The position numbers and the translations under genes are program-made. A stretch of DNA of 57,178 nucleotides, filler included, from Sphacelaria rigidula (taxonomy: Eukaryota), in the NCBI GenBank assembly GCA_964200075.2. It is 7 parts of 7 records of this genome, joined end to end, with 100 filler letters (N's around TTAATTAATTAA, not from the genome) between each part and the next. Parts side by side here need not be neighbours in the genome. Positions count along the whole stretch, not along the records: positions 49,097 to 57,178 come from CAXNAA020012372.1; 6 more parts are not named here. One strand, 5' to 3'. The notes beneath the pieces are model-generated. The model was not told the DNA's origin and made no database searches. It was given only the letters and a program-made list of their open reading frames with translations. Shown here one piece after another: positions 50,300-57,178 of the stretch; within the stretch, counting starts at the first letter, position 1; every line of letters starts with the position of its first letter.

Positions 50300-51250
50300 G
50301 AACGAATGTGGTTTGTCCTGTGTGCAGCGAGCAGAGTGGGCGTGCCTGCGAAAAACCCCTGTGAATAGGAGAGAGGTGATGAAATATGTGGAACTGCTGT
50401 GAACGACAGGGTCGCGTCAAATATCATAGATGAAATAAATATCTTTTTTAAAGGGTACCCGGACTGGTTGAGCCATCGTATTCGGATTTTTCTATGCAAA
50501 GGGAGGAGAAGAAAGTTAATGGGGGCGGATATTCCATTCTTTCCGCACTCAGGCACAGTTGTGTTCGCTATGTCATACTCTGAACGGTTGCTGAGTGGTG
50601 GCAGTGTGTTTGCTGGTGAAACAGCATACTATAATCCGTATCCTGGATCGTTTTTATTGTTTCTGGGTGTAGGCGGGGCGGTGGGAAGGAGGGGGAGGGG
50701 GGAGGTTACATGCTTTGGCTGCTACAACCACGTGTTCTCCAGAGGGTGCAGCATCGTTCCCATTAGAAATATCGTCGATTGTCAACCCTTCCCTTACCGT
50801 TTACCAAATGAATGGAGTGATGTTGTTCTGGGGGAGTGGGGGTAACGAGAGCGATGAGGAGCTTGGCAACTGCGCACCTTTGTGGATCATGACGTAGTCT
50901 TCAAAGCAATATCAGATAGAGGTCATAACATGCAATTCGGGGGTTGGTATCCAACGAATGCTTCGGGCAGTATATCCGAATGCGTGAGATGTTTGTTGCC
51001 TGGAAGTGTCGGTTGAAGTGATGTTGAAAGGGTTTGTGCAGCGGAGGTATTGCGTACAGTTTCAGTAGATGTCTTTTTTTAAGGGCGTGGTATGTAGCAC
51101 ATCGCATTTCAAGGGGTGAGTTAAGCAATGGTTTTTGTTGGGGAAACCTTTTGGATGCGGAGCGAATGTGCTGTGTTGCCCTTGTATGCTGCACCCTCAT
51201 GGATGAGTCTCTGTGTTCCTGAGACGCGAGGGGCCGTGAAAAAAAAAGAA
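50300..51250 (-). mobile_element. Decayed Penelope-like reverse transcriptase
   Basis: Motif remnants in the expected order on the minus strand: LKLYAIPPLHKP (51030-51065, cf. LYGLPKIHKP), frameshifted Q..I.MG..AAP (50741-50780), then WLNQSGYPLKKIF (~50437-50475, cf. LxxxGYP). Confidence 0.55.
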
Positions 51251-52259
51251 AAAGAGCAAGGCGCGGAGAAGTCATGGTCGTCGGCGCTTTTTGTAACGGT
51301 TGTTCCGTTGTGTTTCGAGCAAAACAATAATAGATGTTTCTCTCAAAAAATAGTTTATGATGTAAAGCTTTTGGTGCCGCTGATCCAAAGAAGAGATCAC
51401 ACCGTAGCGATTGTGTGAAATTCTCGTCATCCCGTGAAATCTCAGAGTGGTTTGTCCACCGGGTGCTTCGTGTAAAAGAAAAACGTCGACGGGGTGCGAC
51501 AGCGGTATACTGTGTGCATGCGAGAAAATGTTTATATTCTCCACTTTGGTTTGTGAAATAAATAAAGGCATGCCTGTTGGTAAGCAAGTCACCGCGTCGC
51601 CGTTATGCTGGACACAATGGGCGGACGTTTCGTTTTGCCGTCTAGTAAAGTTTTGCGGAACGTTGACTATACGCACGTGACGAGAGGTAGGAGGGGGGAA
51701 GGGAGCTCCAGAGACGGGCGTCTACAGCATTGGGATACGGTTTGGAACTTTCCCCATAGAGACGTGCACAGAAAAAATGAGTCATGTTGAGACGTGCTTA
51801 TCAGCGTTTCAAAGTAAGTCGGAAACGTGTTTCAAATGTTGATCGTATCCCATAGGGAGTTGCGTGAAGCGTTTTGTCATGGCTATAGCGGGAGGTCGTC
51901 GGTTCATGACGGATGCTCTCTTCGATGCAAGAGTCGGCGAGAGATCGTCGACTCAACGTAACTTGAAAGTTCGTCGTTGTTGGTGATTCTAATACGACGC
52001 AGGACGAGAAGGTGATGATTATGTTGGAATTTTGTGAGTACGTTGAACGAATTTTCTGTAGGCTAACTGAGTGTTTCCCTCCGCTGCGTGTGTTCGTGTG
52101 CGGAGATGGAAATTTTGTGAGTACGGTGCACAGTAGGACAAACATAGACGGTGGAAGAGGTAAGAGTTAACAGTAGTAAAACGATGGGTGGTGAAGCACA
52201 AATACCTGTGTGTGTGTCGAGTATGGATTATGATGATGACGCGTGGAGGTCACTGTGGC

Positions 52260-52602
<343 letters not shown>

Positions 52603-53846
52603 CCAACGTGGCTGCAGCTCCTCTTGCCCTGTAGACGACGGTATATGTGACCCGTAAACTGAGCCACGAATCACATGACCTCTCCAGAACGTTTCCATTA
52701 CCTCTGCAGGTCATAGCATCTAGGTTTACAACATATCAATTTTGTGTTTGGAAAAAGCCAATCCCTTACCCGTTTTGTTGGTTGTGCCAAGTTTGACGTT
52801 AATGCCTCCTATGGTTCCGGTGACAGCAGTGCTTCCTTTGCTAGAGTTGTCGGTTGTGCTCTGAGTGCGCATGGAAAATAACACCCCACGCTAACGGTAA
52901 AACAATGGCAAGTGCTCGTGGGAGGCATACCCTTGATTGCCTCAAAACGGTGTAATGATGCCTAGTATTCCTAGGCGCCGGAAGTCAGGACGATCCCGTA
53001 GATCTTTGGAGCTCCACCAGTGGGTAATTTTCGACGGTTTTGCCCGCCACTATGGGAGGATCAAGGGTGCTGTTGTGGTGTCAGGCTGCTTGAGTCCTGT
53101 GCCTGCAGCGGGTGCAACTCTCGACACAAAAAAAAACAAGCAGGGTGGTTGCATGCCCTAAACGGCGTGTTACCGGCTGTTGCTTTCCCAATAATGGTCG
53201 AGGTCGGATTGGACACACGCTGCACAGGACAAACGTGATGATTGTTTGACGTGACTGTGATTTTTTACTTGTCATTAATCGGGCAGGCGCTGGCTCAACG
53301 TCGTCTAGCTCAGTCTCGAGCAAGAACAAAACATACCCGTGATCCCGAAAAACGCGCCAAACCCGGGATTGTTGTAGGCACCAAGGTTTGCTGGACAGAA
53401 GATCTCGACAATTTGGACCCTACATGGAAGAGTTGTCGGTGAATTTTCTATTCATAAACGAAACCGTTTCTGAATGCTCAACGTGGAGGTTTCCGTTGAC
53501 TACGATGACGGCGGTGCATCAGAGCAATTTAAACGACAATGCACTCGCCCAAACCTCGCGTACGTTCAGATCTTCTGTGTTTCCGCGCGAACATCAAGCA
53601 TCCGAATGATGAGGAAACTGTCTCTGATACCTTCCCCGACATCTTTTCTCACCTTCATGAAGTACTATACGTACTGTCGCTGTGAAATATTCTGATAACG
53701 CTTTTCATACGGGACGTCCGCAATGGTGAATATTGTATTGATAATCGTGCGCTCATGATATATCTGAAGTCGCGAAAATCGCAGAAACCGCGACATAAAT
53801 CGTGAATCATCGTTCATATGCATGGGCTGAAAGAAGGAAAACAGGA

Positions 53847-54102
53847 AAGTGGTGCTATGGTAAGGGTGCACAAATCGTTTTCTGAGGTTTGAATCATTTT
53901 GAGAGGAGCCCTCAATTTCACAAAAGAAGAAACGACTCGTTAAATATGTGAGAGCTTGTCCACAGTACAATATCAATGGGCTGACGATATCCCGAATGAG
54001 TTTGAAAAACGGGAACGTCCTGGCCCATATTCTTGTTTAGGAGCGGCCCCTGCATGAGGAAGATCGGAGCCCAAATGTGCAACCCCTACCGCAGGATGAC
54101 TT
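53847..54102 (+). mobile_element. Old diverged relative of MITE family B
   Basis: AAGTGGTGCTATGGTAAGGGTGCACAAAT...GATATCCCGAATGAGTTTG...CCCCTACCGCAGGATGACTT. Confidence 0.75.
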
Positions 54103-54283
54103 GAGAAGTACCAAACCCCGCAGCTGATTCTCGATCGATCCGGATGCAGCGGTCGCTGAATCGAACCCAGTGAGCGAGGAAATGAGAGATGTACCCACGA
54201 GGGGGGTCGAAAAAGGCTGTAACACCAGCGGCCTTCCACAAGCCATCAAACGCCAATGTCAGGATGCGCTACAGGACTACTGC

Positions 54284-54652
54284 TGTGTGTTGTCGTCCCC
54301 TTTATTCTGGACACCGGTCTACATCTTATCTTTCGGTATATATGTGGGCGCACCAGCCGGGGTCACACAGGAGGAAGGCCGACACAGAAGTTTTTCTCTC
54401 TTTTTTGTTCGTTTTAGTTTCCCACCTTCCTCCTGCGGTGCGTGCCTTTTTTTTTTATCGCGAGAGAGGTTCAGCGGTCCCTTTTCCCTCGTCGACCGTT
54501 AAATTGAGTGAAATTTTGTGTACCCACGACATAGTCGCTCTCCACTGTTGGGGACTGTGAGAAAGTATCCCAGATCGCTGCGAGATTTGAACCCACGATC
54601 CAACCGTCATAAGGCTTCGAGGTTACCAACTGAGCCACCGGGGCGACCGGTC
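54284..54652 (-). mobile_element. tRNA-derived SINE with 12-bp TSD; head-less copy at ~55005-55260
   Basis: The minus-strand head has A-box TGGCTCAGTTGG (54626-54637) and B-box GGTTCAAATC (54584-54593). Flanks are CAGGACTACTGC and CAGCACTACTGC. The body motif GTGGGCGCACCAGCCGGGGTCACACAGGAGGAAGG is in both copies. Confidence 0.85.
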
Positions 54653-55790
54653 CAGCACTACTGCACACAAACCGCGCCGCCACAAGCTATCAGCAACGAG
54701 GACTACATGTTTCAACATTCGAGGCGTGGACACGAGGCCTCGGTAGGACGATGCACGGAGGGTTAACTTAGAATACTGTACAAGTCAGACGTGAGTTTTG
54801 TTTTTGCGATGGACGTTTGCATGAATTCAATGTGAATCGGACCTCTCAACCTTCGAACACTATTCAGACGTCATGCTGTCATGTTTCGCGGTAGATGTTT
54901 CTATAAAGGGAATATAAATAGGACCTTCTATTCTTCGAATAATAATAGCCCAACATCATGTTGTCAGGTGCTCCGGTGAAGTTTCGTAGTGTGTGTATTT
55001 TGGCATCCCATCTAGTCTGCACGCCAGTCTACATCATTCGGTATAGGTGGGCGCACCAGCCGGGGTCACACAGGAGGAAGGTCAACACAGGAGTTTGTAT
55101 TTAGTTATGTTTGAGTGCCCCCACTTCTTTCTGCGGTGCTTGCAGTGCTTTTACCGAGAGAGGGAGTCAGGGGTGCCTTTACCTCGAAGGCTGCGATATC
55201 GATCTTTGTGTACCCACGACATAGTCGTTCTCCACTGTTGGGCATGGTGTGGAGAAAATTCTCAAACCGTGCGACTTATGGAGCATGCAGAGTTTTGTCA
55301 CAGTTTCGCCGCTACCATTAGCATTACTTTTTAATTTGTCGCACTTTGAACCCCTCTCCTTCCTCGGGACGATCAACCCATCTCTCCCCGGCACACCCCT
55401 TGCATTTGGGTCTCTCGAAATTCCACTTCAAATCGTCGTTGAAAGCAGGAACCGTTGTTCGAACGCGCTTGTTGCCGATAAATGACGATCATTTATACTG
55501 CTTGACGCCGTTTGTTTTACCCGAATACAAGCCCACCGCTGGTGCATTAGGTCGCCTGACACACGTGTGAGCCCCTTATGTCGTGGAATCGAACACATTC
55601 CTCACATTTCCCCTCTTTGATGCATTGGACAGTAGCGAGAAAACGATGGCTACACTAGGAGACAGGTGGTGGTCACGGACGGTGAAACAGGACGGGGGTC
55701 AGATCTGTTGAAGATTTTTGTGTAGTGTATCGAAGAAACGTAATGAACACCTAAATGTTTCAGGTGTCTCTATCAGGAGTAGGGATGGTG

Positions 55791-56502
55791 CTCCGTCTCG
55801 AAAGGGATGCGTGGTCAGTGGTTAAACAGCTAAGGCAAGCAACACATGAGTGTGCCCCCCTTCCCCCTCTGGAGAAAATCCGGTGTGCTTCGCCCCGGCT
55901 TTGTAGGGGTGGACCCCCTCTAGGGTTGGAGTCGGTTGACGATGACGCTGTAGAACACGCCACTCACTGCGTAAGCTAGGCAACCAGGTGACCGATTTTT
56001 CGTGCGCGCTATCGGTTTTGTTGCGGTAATCATGATGGTGGTCGAGCAAGATCATATCGTGTGGGGTGGGAGAACCTTAACTCCGCGCAAAGGGGATGAT
56101 CGTACTACGTGGTGTTCAAGTGGTGAGACACCCGTGAGATAGCGTATGAGCCATGGTTGTCTCTGGAAGTGGCGGTACCAGAAGATGAAGCAACTCATTG
56201 GATGCTAATGCAAGACTATCACTAGGCTTCGGACCGAACAATCTCAGCAGGATGCAGCTCACCCTTCACGCGACTCGCCGATCACACCACGACGCTTTGC
56301 GCTTGGTGATTGATTGCGGGCCTGATCCGGCTAAAAACCGACATGCTCCGTCTCGGCTTTGTAGAAATGCGAGGTCAATGGTCTCATGGTTGTGGCATGC
56401 AAGACCATGAGTACACCCCCCCCCTCCCCTCCGTCTCGAAAGGGATGCGTGGTCAATGGTCAAATGACTAAGGCAAGCAACAAATGAGTACGCCCCCCCC
56501 CC
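55791..56502 (+). mobile_element. Most complete copy of poly-C-associated family C, with ~70-bp terminal direct repeats
   Basis: CTCCGTCTCGAAAGGGATGCGTGGTCA...CTAAGGCAAGCAACA..ATGAGT..GCCCCCC at 55791-55860 and 56429-56502, plus a related sub-repeat at 56346-56424. The same ends occur at 1-45 and 16368-16442. Confidence 0.85.
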
Positions 56503-57178
56503 TCCCCTTCGCCTATCGTAGCATGACTCTCCGTCGACTGGCATCTTGACTCCTCGGCCCCTAATCTCCCGGACGATCAATGGTACAAAGACAGCCTACC
56601 GTGAAGTGCACTTGCAGTTCTACTCAGATTAGATGCTGCTTGAATACAGGTGATCAACTACTATGTATCAGATGAACCGGATGTTCTGTCCAATTGCAGA
56701 TGCAGTATACAACATATTCGCAGACTGCCTGGAAATTTTGTGCCTGCACAGTGCACGCTCGGTATTGAGAATTCCCTGGTGTGCCCAAGGGTTAATCGTC
56801 AAGTTGGTGTGGGTTCCCATCGTAGATCCTTACTTCCCATATTCGCAGCAGCGACGGGTCTAGACCAGCGCTATTCCTATTTCGAGAAACACAAACGAAT
56901 ATTGGTGCATACCGTCTAAACCTATCGTGAAATAATCGTGCGGAAACTAGCGCGGATTTGTACAAGCGATTTTACCGAGAAATTGGCTCATCGAGCAGGT
57001 GTTGTCAATTCACGTGCATCTTGACCCTACTGTAGCAGATGTATTTTGTACTGCACGGTGTCATACTGCGCTCAACATAACACATGGTATCTATTTTCAG
57101 GCGTTCTAGTTTTTTTCAGATTCGTCTTCACTTCTGAGGCATGCCACGATAGGAGGGGGGGGGGGGGGGACTGGTGAT

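Noticed and set aside
54570-54650. Functional tRNA gene
   Set aside because: A/B boxes are present but there is no convincing acceptor stem or cloverleaf; it is attached to a repeated body with a TSD, i.e. a SINE head.
56520-57150. Possible PLE RT thumb fragment (YQMNRMF...) next to family C
   Set aside because: The similarity is too weak to support by eye; it needs a profile search.

Overview
Eukaryotic, repeat-rich DNA. It is most consistent with a brown alga (Phaeophyceae), inferred from the intron-rich gene structure and the repeat families. The window is not one locus: it is seven unplaced contigs of 8084, 8083, 8083, 8082, 8082, 8082 and 8082 bp, joined by 100-bp N44-TTAATTAATTAA-N44 spacers, so adjacency across spacers means nothing. 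The only well-supported host gene is a partial, spliced cullin (CUL1/CUL2-like), with six phase-compatible exons on the minus strand at 10536-15514. Almost everything else is transposable-element derived. Retroelement remnants: two Copia-like gag(-protease) pieces, two Gypsy-like 3' ends with LTRs, decayed Penelope-like elements (one apparently with an N-terminal GIY-YIG) and a tRNA-headed SINE with a TSD. DNA-type repeats: two MITE families with TSDs and in-window empty-site paralogues (GAG..CTC/4-bp TSD, and TGT..ACA/5-bp TSD carrying telomere-like hexamers), two ~0.4-kb fold-back palindromes and a small piggyBac-like hairpin. One unclassified ~0.7-kb family repeatedly sits in poly-C tracts; mini- and microsatellites are also present. 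The best candidates for undescribed biology are the poly-C-associated family linked to a Penelope-like element and the telomere-repeat-bearing MITE. No database search was possible, so protein-family calls rest on motifs read by eye.
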